Shown piece after piece: positions 36,551-50,598 of a DNA stretch of 64,000 bases. A program made the position numbers and the translations under genes. The first letter of the stretch is position 1. Every line of letters starts with the position of its first letter. Below the pieces are notes generated by a model that searched no databases, was not told the origin of the DNA, and worked only from the letters and a program-made list of their open reading frames with translations. The DNA is from Eledone cirrhosa (taxonomy: Eukaryota): positions 376,092,001 to 376,156,000 of the forward strand of contig OZ024741.1 in NCBI GenBank assembly GCA_964016885.1. Direction: 5' to 3'.

Positions 36551-37983
36551 ATCATCATCATCATCATCATCATAATCGTTTAACGTCCGTGTTCCACGCT
36601 TGCATGGGTTTGGACGGGGGGTTTTCCCACTTGAGGCAAGAGTGATTGTCTTGCTCGCATAGGACTGTCTGGCGGGTTTTCTACAGCTGGATGCCCTTCG
36701 TAACACCAACCACATTTACAGTGTGGGGCTGGGAGGTTTTTTACTGTGTTGCCTACACGGCCACATTACAGCGTGGACTCTGTGTTTTTTTGTCGTGACA
36801 CATACACGATCTCATTTGTTTCGGCCTGGATGTTGTGGCACCAACATAACTTTACATTGAAAGGGGAGGTGTGGATGGGGTGGGGGTGGTGGGACGGGGG
36901 TGTATTTTGTTAGAGATGCCTACTGACTGTAGTAGGTTTTACTTTGTATTTAGGTAAGGCGGGTCTTCTCTATTACTGAGTACCGCCAAAGATCTCGGTC
37001 CAGTGACATTTTCTTGGAGAGGTGTAAGTGTGTGAGGTCGGAATTTATCAGCTCGTCCCAGGTTTTTCTGGGTTTGCTTACTCCGTAGCTACCGTCTATC
37101 TTTATTGCCCTGCACTTTGTTATACAGCTGTCGTCTTTCATGCGCATCACGTGACCATACCAACGTAGCCTTCTCTGGAGTAAACATCTGATCCCTCTTA
37201 TTTCTAATTTTTTCCTTAATTCGCTTATGCTTTGCCATTCACGTATGTTACTATTACACATCCAGCGGAGCATGCAAGCTTCGTTCCTCTCTAGTCTGCG
37301 TATATCCTCTGCACACAATGCCCAGGTCTCACTGCCATGCAACATTGCTGTTCGTATGCAGGCATCATACAACCTGCCTTTCATTTTTAGGGAGAACCCT
37401 TTAGTGGCTAATAGTGGTATAAGCTCTCTGAACTTTTTCCATCCAGTTCTGACTCTAGCTACTGTACTTTCAGAGCACCCTCCCCCACTGCTGATTGTGT
37501 CACCCAGGTAACGGAAGCTGTCCACTATTTCTATAGAACCCTCTGCGCAATTAAAAGAGCTAGTATTTTGTGGGGAATTGCTGCTACTTATTGCACCAGA
37601 GCACCGGCCACATGTAAAATCTATGTTCTTAGTTAGCTTACCTGTGATCCCACTACATCTTTTATGCACCCATACTTTGCATTTGGGACATAAAATGGAG
37701 TTTCTACCTACGCCTTTCCTACACACTGAGCATGGCCATTTCCCGGAAGGGACCGTCGCCTTATTTTCTTTCCTACAAACTAGAACTTTAGTCTTAGCCA
37801 GGTTAATTTTAAACCCTTTTGATTCTAGGCCATGCTTCCATGTTTGGAATTTCTTCTCTAGCTCGGCCATTGATTCAGCTATGAGCGTTAGATCATCTGC
37901 GTATAGGAGTTCCCATGGGCAGCCGGTCTTGAACTCCACTATTATAGCCTGAAGGGCAATAATAAATAGTAGGGGGCTAAGAA
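36549..37983 (-). mobile_element. 5'-truncated RTE-clade LINE with an open RT C-terminal half and an embedded PHD-like finger
   Basis: LSPLLFII, ELLYADDL, FRYLG, RRLRWYGHVMRM, KPRKTW; stop at 36950; 3' UTR ending in a (GAT)n tail; (TA)n on both flanks. Confidence 0.93.
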
Positions 37984-37984
37984 C

Positions 37985-38034
<50 letters not shown>

Positions 38035-38211
38035 GAATCAACACTAGTATTTTTTGCGTACGGATAAAAGGTTAAATTGACCTTGATGGAATTTCAAATA
38101 AGAACACAAAAAGCTAGAAGAAATATCATAAGACTTTATAAAAGCTCCAACAATTTGTCATCTGCCACTTTAACGTACATCATATTTTTACATAATAAAT
38201 GCCATTATTCA

Positions 38212-38530
38212 CGCGTAGCTTTGTGGTTAAAGTATTCGGCATACAATCGCAAGGTCGTGGCTTCGATGCCTGGCGGCGCGTTGAGTCCTTAAGCAAGACA
38301 CTTTTTTTCACGTTGTTCCAGTCCACTCTGCTGGCAAAAATGAATTGTACCTGTAATTTGGTGTCGATCGTGTCACGTTCGGTGTCACGCTGAATCGCCC
38401 AGAGAATTACGTTAAGGGCACGCATGTGTATGGAATGCTCAGCCACTTGCGGTTTAATTTCACAAGCAGGCTGTTAAGTTGATCGGATCAGTTGGAACAC
38501 TCGTCGTCGTAACCGACGGATTGCCGGTCA
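38212..38530 (+). mobile_element. tRNA-derived SINE family C (V-domain-like core)
   Basis: TAGCTTTGTGG A-box, GGCTTCGATGCC B-box and GTCCTTAAGCAAGACACTT core. Paralog at 46683-47010. Confidence 0.75.
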
Positions 38531-39015
38531 CCAATATTCATCCTTTACAGGAGTGATATAACTAACCTTGTTTTTCTTTTTTTCATTTGAAATCCGTGCA
38601 CGTAATGTTTAATATCAGCTATTTGGGACTAATTGAAGATACCCGTGTCTAGTCGATTTCAGATAAGGCAACCCAGGGTTGGTTGGGGCCAATGAAATTG
38701 ATCCCTCATTACTTGACTAATACTTATGTCATCGATCCCTCCAAAAATCAATGTCAAAATAAACTTGATGGAGTTTTAACCTATAACACGGCAAAAGCCC
38801 TTGTCGTCACTCTATGAATTCAGACACTCACACCAAACATACATATACACGGTGACACAAACAAATGCATGCCTACACACATACTTGTATTCACGCAGAC
38901 CCACACAAAACACGCACACACACACATATATCTATATTATAGAAGTAGTTTCACAACAGTAAGTTCATCATTACCGAGAACAATTGTTTCACCTTATTCG
39001 GATCACATCAGTTCG

Positions 39016-39074
<59 letters not shown>

Positions 39075-40489
39075 TATCCACCATGATATATGATTGTTAA
39101 CTACTTTGTTGGGAGTGAAATGTTAAAGGTACATCTCACCGACAGTATTTCAATTTTGAATACAAGGAACCAAAGTTTAAAATTCTCTGTCATTATAGAG
39201 TCTTCTACTTGAGAAATAACTAATACAGTGTCATGAGAACAGAATATAAAGAGTTAGAACAAGGCCACAAAGGCATTTTATCGGATGCTCTACCGATTCT
39301 GCCAATTCACCACTCTAAATAATTCCTAATTTAGACACACCGCCACCAAATGACATAAAAGGCAAAGTTAATCTTGGCAGGATTTGAACTCAGAAAATTA
39401 ATAGCTGGGAGAAATATTGCTAACATTTTCCCGTCGTTCTAACGACTCTACCAATCCACCGCCATTATACGATATCGGACACGAGCTGGCGTTAAAACGT
39501 ACAATTCTTCAGAGAATAAATTATTGAGAGATATTACTCGGAGACCGCCTCGGTATGAAAAGACAGTAATTTAGTTTGCATTAACATACTTAGAGCATTG
39601 GGCATTAATACGCAAACTGGAAATAAGATATGCAAGAAAGAAAACACCATATTAATTATAGTTGCTTTAGTTAGATGACCATATGGATAATGTATACCTG
39701 TTCATAGCTGAAGACATCAAATCCTCAGTTGGCATACTGTTATGTATCTGGACAATGTATATTAATCTATTTGATGTTTCTGCTTTGTGTAATGAAACCG
39801 GAGCTTATCTTCACGAGGCCTCTCGGGATTTTGGAAGTATTTTTATTTCTAATAACACCATTGGTATACAATTTCAAATACAATTTCAAATTCCCAATTT
39901 CTATGAAGCGATACTTTGTATACCTATTAGGAGAAATCAACAGGGATCTAGAGCACTATAATGTCCTTAGATCATTGTAACATAACTAGATGCATGTAAA
40001 CTTAAAAGAGAATGCATATCTAGTAAATCAGTAATCAAAATTGTACATACAATTCGGTGTTTGAATGAATTCATTTAAACTTCTTTTGTTTAAAGAGGTG
40101 AAAGAAAATTATCGGACGTTGGTCTGTCGCATATTACTATTTCCACTATGGGGAAAACAACACGTGATATATAGACCAAGAAGTTAGCAAAGTATCTGTC
40201 AGTTACACATCTCTAACAGTTGCTTAAAAACAATGTCCTGGACGCTTGAAATGCTAGAAAAACCAGCAATATATTCTTAATGTAACAGTCTGATTTTTCT
40301 TTTAGAAAAAGGAACAGAAAGATCATAGATATATCGTAACTGAAAAAAGAAAAACATAAAAAGCGAAGATAGTCATAAGTAGAAAGCTTTTTGATCATAA
40401 GTCTAATTGGTAAGACCTAAACTTGAGCTATAAGTACGACTCTTTTTCATGTATTAAGCCATTCCATTAGTAAATGTTTGTCATTATTT

Positions 40490-41070
40490 TCAAGTTCAAA
40501 TCCCGCCGAGGTTAACTTTGCCTTTCATCCTTACGGGGTTGATAAAATAAAGTACCAGTAATATACTGGATAATTGCTGGCCTTGTGCCAAAAGTAGAAA
40601 CAATTATTTTCATGGATTGGCAACATCTGTAGAACAATTGGCAACATGCTTTTCGGCATAGAGTTATGGCCTTTTACGTTATGAGTTCAAATGCCACCGC
40701 GGTTAGCTTTTCCTTTCATCCTTACGGATTTGATAAAATAAAGTACCAGTAACGCACTGTGGTCGATTTAATCAAAATTCTTCTCCGCTAAAGTTGTTGA
40801 TCTTGTGCCTAAATCAAAATCAGAAAACCTTATTTTCATACCTTAGGACGTTGAATGGGCAGCATCGGTAGAACGCCAGATACCATTCTTCGTAGCATAA
40901 AATTATGGTCCTTTAAGATCTGACTTCAAATCTCGCTGAGGTTAACTTTGCATATCATCCTTACGGGATCGATAAAATAAAGTACGAGTATCGTACTAGA
41001 GTCTATTTAATTCCCTCTTCCCTACTCCAAATAACTGGCCTTGTGCGGCTAAATCAGAAACTATCATTTT
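40490..41070 (+). mobile_element. Three head-to-tail SINE family A copies
   Basis: B-box/core repeated at about 40495, 40685 and 40925. Confidence 0.85.
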
Positions 41071-41401
41071 CATATCAATGAATCTACAACCCAACATTGC
41101 CATATCTATCTATCAATCAATCAAACAATCTATTTATCTAGGTAGCAATCTAGCTAACACACAATTCCTCTCACTATATCTATCTATATACTACTAAAAT
41201 TCTGTGCTCGCTTGCTTGTTTGCATGTCTGTAATGAAATACATCCAAAAGGGTGCATAATGGGAAAATACTTTGAAAGGAAGTTGACTCTGAAATGGGAA
41301 AACAGATGAAATAAAACAAGTTTCGCGTAAATCGGAGGACGGGCTCCCGAGATATGGGTTTTTTTTCGGGTACCTTCATAAGCACAGAGAGATAGATAGA
41401 T

Positions 41402-41483
<82 letters not shown>

Positions 41484-42105
41484 GCTGGTGTTGTGTATAT
41501 ATATATATGTGAGTGTATATATATATATATATATATGTATTATTTTCCAGACTCTAGCTATTGACCAGTAATTTTCTTGATTTTATAGTTGATTCTATTG
41601 GCTTATGTTAATTTTAACCCTTCTGTTGAGAACTCTATTCGATTTGTGATGTTTTTGCATTCTTGCAAAAATATACACAACTGAATTCATTCGCCTGATA
41701 TAGGGGTTGCCTCCCTTGCCGATCCCCACGTGGGGTCAGCAATAGTCAGTCCTTGTATTAACAGTGAACTAAAACCTGTTGAGAAAGTGGCTTCCTTGTT
41801 CAATCATCTTACCAGAAGCCTGACATTATTTATGTAAGTGGACGGTACTTGATTTAGGAGCCGCAGAATCCCATATAGTGGATTTTACCAACCTTCCAGG
41901 GGCCCGGGTAAATTTTCAATACCCGAATTACTTGATCGTTTTTTTTTTTGGCTCTGCGAATGATTGTTTAACCATCATCTCAGTGAGTTTGGCCTTCAAC
42001 GTTTGTTATAGCTCTGGTTCATCTGAATCATTGAGCGCTTGCCGCACATCTCGGAGGGTGTTTTTCGTTATTTCGTGGGCCGAAATGCGAATCTCGATAA
42101 TTTAT

Positions 42106-42171
<66 letters not shown>

Positions 42172-42231
42172 ATGACCAGTGTAAATAGATCACAGACAAC
42201 CATATATATATATATGTATATACACACTCAC

Positions 42232-42272
<41 letters not shown>

Positions 42273-42479
42273 TAGATACACATGTATATATATATATATA
42301 TATGGGCCTTCCAGTTTCAATCACATTATATACATGTCTATGTATATTTTAATTATTTAAAAATTATTTTTAAGTGAACATGATTTAAAAAAATATATTT
42401 TGAAGTGAACGTGACCCAACGGGTCACGGGTGGTTTATTATATATTAATATTAATATATATTGACGCATATATATATGA

Positions 42480-42510
<31 letters not shown>

Positions 42511-44436
42511 TGTATGTATGTATGTATGTATGTATGTATGTATGTATGTATGTATGCATGCATATATGTATTTATGTATGTGTGTATGTATATATATATA
42601 TATATAAGTATGTATGCTTGTTTGTTTGTATGTATGTATACATGCACGCATGTACGTGTCTATGTATGAATATGTGTATAGAAAGATGAAGGTAGAGGGA
42701 GAGATAGATAAATAAAGAGAGAAAGTGAGAGAGCGAGAGAGTGAGAGAAATTGAAAGAGAGAGAAAAGAGAGGGAGAAGGAGTGGGAGTTGAGATTGGAG
42801 AATCATTTAATCATTTCCACAGAATAATCATGATCCACTAGATTAGTTTGTTTTCGATTTAGCAGAATTTTCAATATTATCCATATATAAATGTACTTTT
42901 TCCAACCGCATTTATCCTACGTATCTATAGATGATAATCAATGGTAGACCAATTAATTAATTATATTACGAATGAAAATTGCCATTGTTTTGTCATGTAA
43001 ACCAATAATCTAATTTTGGAATGAGAATGATATTGTATTGTGGTAAGGGGGAGGTAATGATAGAGTGCGAGGCCAAACCTAATGTCTTTCTGTAAGTAAT
43101 AAACAAGAAAATTTGCTGCTTTTGTTTAACCCGAGGTCAGCCATGATCGAGTGGACCATTTTAACACTGTTTGACAGCCAGGAACTACAGGAATATATTA
43201 TTTAATGTTCTATTCCTTTCTTAATTATATATGTGTAGGAGATGATTTAATGGTAATATAGCTGATACTTTAAGCAGGTTGGGTGACCATCTCTATGCAC
43301 TTTCGGCTCAACTATATAAGATAACGTTGTTCTTTCTTAGTTTGTGATGAACTCTAATCAAGCATAGGTGCGGTACAAAGCGCTCCAGCTATGACCATCA
43401 CAATCATATTTCCAAACAATATCATCAGTAATATATTATCTAATACTTGCAGAAAACCCCCCGTCCGGGGGTTTTCTGCTAGCATGTGTAGTGTGCATAT
43501 TGATATTATACGCAAATATATATGCACGTAGATATAATACGTCACATAAAATCGTAATTGACAATATGCACAGAAATTGAAGAGAGACTATGTTACACTG
43601 TCTTCTGTAATCAGTAAAGTAGTCCATGATACATTCAAAATAGACGATATTATATATAGATTGCATTACGGTGAAATTGTATGAACACGAAAAAGGAGAA
43701 AATTAGCGACGGAAATATAAACCTTATATAACGATACAAATATATAAACATTTATATAAGCGATGTGATATACCATCCATTATATCATAACCGGAAGTAT
43801 TGACAGTTGAACATTTTAAAAGAAGTGAATCTTGAAATAAGCACTAAAATTATTTATCTTTAATCAAGAGTTACACAATTTCGTACATAAATTATGTAAT
43901 ATCCATTCATTATTTATTCAAAGTACCAGTAATACACTGGGTAATTGCTGGCCTTGTGCCAAAAGTAGAAACAATTATTTATTCAAAGTAATCCAACTTA
44001 TTTTACTAACGGGATAAACATGTATATTATATTATGATATACTTTTTTTCTTAAGATGCAAACTGCTCGCTAAATCTCATCAGTGGGTTGATCAGTTTTC
44101 CAACTCAGGGATAATCCTCCGGCTTGCCTCCAGGACACCACTATCACTAGCCAGTTCAACGAGTTGGTAGTTGTAGTGTGTGTGTGTGTGCGAGGAAGTC
44201 ACCAGTCACCTTATATAGTCGGCCACTATTATGCATAATCATACACAATAAATTCTAGTTGTTGTCTTAACGAACGGCACATAGAGCGAACACCCGAGTT
44301 CACAATGGAGGGAGTCATTACCTGATCTCTTGTAAATGATAAATGTAAACCGCAATATGTATTGAGTTATTTTTCGCTTGTAAATCGAATTGTGTAATGC
44401 ATGTACTCACACACGCACACATACATAAACTGAAAC

Positions 44437-44544
<108 letters not shown>

Positions 44545-44886
44545 GTACATCACAGCAGATTTAACTGCCACCAAGACTGATGAAAAGAAAAAAAGGTTAT
44601 CCTCAGACCAGAAACCTATCTAAATTCTTACAATAGAATGCATAGAATACGCAGTGGTAAAGAAACCCTTGATCAGGTGACAGTGTTATAACTCCTTACA
44701 TGCATAAGCTCTTAACTTCTGATGGAGTCACAAGGGAACCATAATGAAATACATTGTATCTTGGGCATTGACACCTCGTGGACTTATCCTTCACGAGGTG
44801 TGAACACAGCCGGTTTCTTCCAATGAAAGATAGAAAATGAGAAAGAGATATATTAGAAAGAATCATCAACCTCAGTACTGAACGGG

Positions 44887-44918
<32 letters not shown>

Positions 44919-44987
44919 CTTCTTCTTCTTCTTCTTCTTCTTCTTCTTCTTCTTCTTCTTCTTCTTCTTCTTCTTCTTCTTCTTCTT

Positions 44988-45585
44988 CGCCCACATATTC
45001 CTGAGAGGATCGTAGGAGAAGAGCCTTGAAACACTTCTTCCAGTGGGTCCTGTCAGAAGCAAACATCTCTAACTGAACAGGTTGGATTCTTCTTCTTTTT
45101 CTTCTTCTTGAGAGGGTCGTTGGGGAAGAGTACTCAAACACTCATTCCAACAGGTCCTGTCAAAAGCAACCATTTCCAAATGATCCGGCTGGATCCCCAA
45201 GACCAATCAAACTCGTGGATGTTATCTAACCATCCTGCTCGGGGACAAGCCCTGGGTCCCTTGCCAGTTGTTTTTGCCTGTAAAATCTGTCCAGCGATTC
45301 TTCCCTGAGACATTCCAACCACATGCCCATAGTATCGGAGCTGTGATTTCTCAATTCGGAGAAGTAGCGACTCTACCTGGAATGACTCTCTGATCCCCGA
45401 GCTACGCACTTCCTCGAGTAACGTTACTCCAAAGACCCTTTCGGAGGAATCCCATTCTGGCTGCTTGTACTCGCGATCGTATTCTTTCGGTCATTACGCA
45501 AGATTCACGACCGTGGGTAAAGGTTGGCACGAAAACCAAATTGAAGATAGCGAGTTTGGCTTTTGCACCTACCTTCCTTCTTCAG
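44988..45585 (-). mobile_element. RTE-type LINE 3' fragment with a duplicated 3' end and (GAA)n tail
   Basis: IEKSQLRYYGHVVGM...GKGPRACPRAGWLDNI. Same family as 53480-54440. Confidence 0.8.
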
Positions 45586-46682
45586 AGTACTGATGAAAAC
45601 AAAGTTGACCTCAGTGCGATTTGAACTCAGAGCCCAGAGAAGCGGAGCGGAATCCACGAGTAATTCTGTCGGACGTTCTATATCTCTGCCAATTCGTCAC
45701 TGTTATGCTTTGTGTTGTCTTAAATCTAACTCACAAGAGTAGGGTTTCTCCTCCTGACGGTTTTTCAGATAACTGTAACCTCTGTGCGGATAGATCTTTG
45801 AATCACAGTTGACATGTGCTTTAACAATGGCAAAGACTTACTTTAAAACTGACGGTACAACAATATACAACTCAATCTTTTTCAATATACAACATTCCGC
45901 GTCGTGTTTCTATGTTTTGTACTTTTCTTTTTGGGTGGAGGGAGGTATATTTAATCATCTATCTAGTACCTGAAATTTATATTTATAACCAATAGTTTGA
46001 GGCAGTAATGAAATCTGCTCGAAATAGTTGTTGAATATCCATGAAAATAACCCGCCGTCTTAAAAACAACAAGCCATGTAGTCCTAGATACAAATTACCA
46101 TACAAAACGATGGGATGATCAAGACTGGGATGCCTTGGTCTAGGGCTGAGTTGGGCTAAACAACGAAAAATGTGTCAACATACGCCATCGATTTAAAATT
46201 AACAGGGCATTAAATCCTAAGTGCACAATCTTTTAAAAACGTGATGGACAAAACTGGAATGCTTTTAATGGGGTTGAGGTAGGATAAACAACAAATTTCA
46301 ATGATAACTCAATAGCATGTACACGCTTCGAAAGTCTGATAAAGCGAATAGTCAAAAACATTGAGTACATGAACATCCACTGATAAAAATGCAGTTGGAA
46401 TCCCGTATTGTATCTGAATATATTACACATAAATCCATTTCCAGCCGTTTAAAGTTTTGCTGTGACAGAATAAATATAGGACAGTAGGACAGAAGAGAAC
46501 CGTATATTTCCTTAGAGATATACCTTATAATATTTATATGCATCATATAACTATTCAAATCTGTAGGGCTTGTTTTGATCACTACGATGTTAATAGGCCA
46601 ACATCAGAAATAGGCATGGTGCAGCCCATCCATTTGGAAACTACGTTTATATTAAGGCGGGAAATCACGTCTTCTAGTCATG

Positions 46683-47010
46683 TGAAGGCGCGTATTATAA
46701 TGGACAGTGTGCTGGGCCCGCTATCGTAAAGTCATGGTTTTAATTCCTAGACGGGCTACATGTTGTGTCTGGGAGCACGACACTTTATTTCACGTTGTTC
46801 CAATCCGCTCAACTAGCAAAACTGAGTTGTACCTGCAATTCACGGGGCCAGGGATGTCACACATTGTGTTACGTTGAAATTTCCTGAGGACCAGGTTAAA
46901 GGGGCATGTGTCTGTGGAATGTTCATCCATTTAAACATTAATTTCACGAATAGTCATTTATGTTGATTGATTTACCTGGAGCACACGTCGTCGGAAACGA
47001 TGGAGAACCA
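46683..47010 (+). mobile_element. SINE family C
   Basis: Homologous to 38212-38530. Confidence 0.7.
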
Positions 47011-47360
47011 ACACTAATCGCAAAACCTTCTTATGAATTATAAAGTCTGCCTGTTGCTAACAACGATCAATTTCTCTTTCCCACGATACTTATTTACAAT
47101 TAGGTTCTCTAGACCAGTTACAATAGAGTGACGTATTAGCAATGATGACAAGGTATGAACACGATAAACTTCATTTCGTATAGGTAAGCCAGGAAGCTAT
47201 CGATTGACTAGTTGTGGATTTACTTTCATAACGACAAATGTGAAAACTTCAAAACTTCATTCATCTACACTAAAAGTTCTTACACAACATAAAGAATATC
47301 GAGAGCAATATGAGGTAATATTCATTTCAAAAGATATGAATGAAGCGACAATATACATAC

Positions 47361-47443
<83 letters not shown>

Positions 47444-47507
47444 TAATTATAATATACGTACACACCAGGATACAAGCACACACACATATATATATATATA
47501 CATATAT

Positions 47508-47592
<85 letters not shown>

Positions 47593-47599
47593 TATATAG

Positions 47600-47635
<36 letters not shown>

Positions 47636-48569
47636 TGTCACTTATAGAATATTCGAGAATATTGAAATGAAAATAAATAAATAACATAATACACGAATTG
47701 GTCATAAGTTATATGTTGCTTAGGAATACAGAATAATTTTCTGATTATATATATCACAGTTCTGCTCCACGGATCAATGATAAGCGTAAATGAAAATACG
47801 GTAAAAAGAGAAAAAGATCAAAAAGAAAAACAAAAACAAAGCAAAAACGAAAACAAAAAAAAAACTAAAACATCCGAAGACATGAATCGAAACTGTAAAA
47901 GGGAGAAAAAATATCATTACTTTTATTATTAAATGCATTGGTATGTGATTTCAAGTCTAGAGGCGTGATGCATGATGGGTATCATTGATGCTAGCTTACA
48001 TATTCAGAGTTTCACAATTCCTTCCATTTTTTTTCACCTAAAATCTTACCCATCAAAAGGAATTCAATAGAACTATTGAATGTAATATATGTCATATTAA
48101 TACACCATTTTCAGACGTATCGTAGCAACCTAAAGGTCTGTTAGGGATGTTTGAAAATTTGTTCAAATTTTCTTTTCAGTTTTAATTGAAATGAAGCGAG
48201 AAGCTACTAACTTTATGTTTCAGTTTGGTGGAACAGAATAATATAAATTTACTTTTAATTTCGCTAACTTTCACCTTCTGGTGGAAAACCTTGTCTAGGC
48301 AAGTTTGCTAGATAGATAGCGGAAATATTAGGATTTGGTTGAGGGTTCTTATATATCAAATAGTTGTGACTAGATCAGAGACAGAATCCCTTCAGTCAAA
48401 ACAGAAGCATAATTCACTTTCTCCTGCTTCGCGGGATATATCGCCGATTTATTCACAGCTATTTTACAATTACAATTCATGCATCAAGGTTTTTTGATTT
48501 ATAGCAAAAGCACACTTTTCGATTTTAGTTTCCAATGCGCTTCATAAATCCTATTATAATATCTTAGGT

Positions 48570-48990
48570 CTTAGATCTTAAGTTCTTCTGCCCCTTTCGG
48601 CGCATCGAGCAGTAAGTAATCGCCAACGGCCACAATCACGTCTATGCCAAGTGTTGTTGGCTGCCATCAGGTATGTTTGGAAGTTTCGTTACCAGGTGAT
48701 CCTGGGGGCAACCCCGGTTCCGTTTGCCGCCAGGTAGAGTCCAGTTCTTCGCTTATTTCGAGTGTCGTTCGTTGGGCAGCCGCAGAATATGGTCAGCCAG
48801 GCGGCAACGGCACTCCGTAATCACCCTCTGCAGCGTCCACGACTCGTTTCTCCGCAGGATTTCCTCGTTTCGCACTCGGTCGCGCCAGGACACACATTTG
48901 TGTATGTGTGCTCCTTGTCGAAAACCATCCTTCAGTGCACAGTCGCAGGAGGGCAAAGAAGAGACAGACATTTCTACTCATGACGGAAAA
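48570..48990 (-). mobile_element. RTE-type LINE 3' fragment
   Basis: VSWRDRVRNEEILRR...RLADHILRLPNER motif. Confidence 0.7.
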
Positions 48991-49129
48991 TAGAGACCAG
49001 TGACGCCGGCTGACTACCGAAGCGTCTAGAGTGGCACTCCAATGACTGGCTGCACCAGCTGCGCCAGCTGCGCAAACATAAGATGATGATGTAGAAATAG
49101 GAGGCCATCACATCTGTGTAGTTTATTCA

Positions 49130-49620
49130 CAGAGATTTAATTACATTTTTATTGTATCTAGAATGTACAATACTACAATTCACATACATATCAGTTTTGT
49201 TGTACCATTCAAATTTGATATGAAATGGATCATTGCTATTCAACCCATATGTGAAACTCTTGTTGAAAAGCATATTCTCTCTGGCATGCAATATTAAATG
49301 GAAACCATTTCCACCGACAGTAATGTAGTTCGTATACACTTCCAGCATATTGATAAGAGGGTGTTTGAAAATCTACAATGTTGACGTGAATGAACATGCA
49401 TGTATTCTTGCATTTAATGCTATTGATCCAAGCAACTACAGCACTGCTGTTGTTTCATTGTCCTACATCAGTGAGATTTCCAACTTTCCCGCTGAGCTTG
49501 TTAAAGATATGTTAAATAAATACATTGATTTCATTCCTTTCACTTTATCTGGTGTTTACTGAACAGTTTCCGTGTTTTTCAAGGTAATATATGATTACTT
49601 TTACCTTGCAATGCCACAGC
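49130..49620 (-). mobile_element. Highly decayed Penelope-like RT fragment (Naiad/Hydra-like)
   Basis: YITLK..., Q*NNSSAVVAWINSIKCKNTCMFIHVNIVDF and LILHARENMLFN...NDPFHI resemble the recalled consensus QWxNTxxVIxWF...FIQFDIVDFYPSI...IIxHARKSLLFN. Confidence 0.55.
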
Positions 49621-50410
49621 TATATAGAAACCAATAAAAGGCTACACGTGTATGTACTAAGGTCGCTTACAAAGCCAATTAGTCAACTCTAAGTTCTTTT
49701 TTTTTCCAGAAAGATGAACAAGGGAGACACCAAAAAAGGAATTGAAAACACCAAGTGATGGCAATTTTATTATCAACTAGTGAATGAATAATATGCCGCG
49801 CCATACATAAACAGAGTAATGTAATATCGCGATTCATCGATCAGCAGCTTCATTTTGTAATGGCCCAACTTTGATAATTTTAGCGTTACTCATGGCCCAC
49901 ATGTATCTTACATAGAAACGTTTGAAAAGGTCCGAGAAACTTTTCAATGGATTAGTTATCTACTCTGTCAATAAAAAAAATATGTATTCTGCCATATGCA
50001 TTGGTTAGTTTTCATTATGTTCATACCAATAATTATGGTCTACAATGGAATTGCTTCGGAAACAAAAACAGTTGATCCTTACTAATTCAGGCCGCTGAAT
50101 TAAAAAATGATGCTCATTTTTGAAGTTCAGACCTTAAAATATGAGAAAGAAGGTCAGGAGATTGTAAGCTACTATCAGTAATGTAAGACCAACAAATTGA
50201 AGAAATATGGCCACATATATTCTTACTAATAACGATGACGGTTAATATTTGTTTTTCACTGAACATGTGATGATTAAAGGTAACGAAATGAATATGAACA
50301 GTAACCAAACTTCGTAGTGTATGGTAGAAATCAGTTGTATGATGAAATCATTGTTCCTATTACATCGCCTAGAAGCTATCAACTGTTGTAAAGCAGCATT
50401 ATGCAATAAT

Positions 50411-50598
50411 TGTTTCTAATTTTGGCACAAGGCCAGCAATTAACCAGTGCATTACTGGTACTTTATTTTATCGACCCCGTAAGGATGAAAGGCAAAGTTA
50501 ACCTCGGCGGGATTTGAACTCAGACCATAAAGGGCCGTAACTCTTTGCTGCAAAGCATGGCGTCCGACCCTCTATCGATACTGCCAATCCACCGCCCC
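50411..50598 (-). mobile_element. Full-length SINE family A (short-tail variant) with target-site duplication
   Basis: TSD AGCAT(T/G)ATGCAATAAT at 50395-50410 and 50599-50614. Confidence 0.92.
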
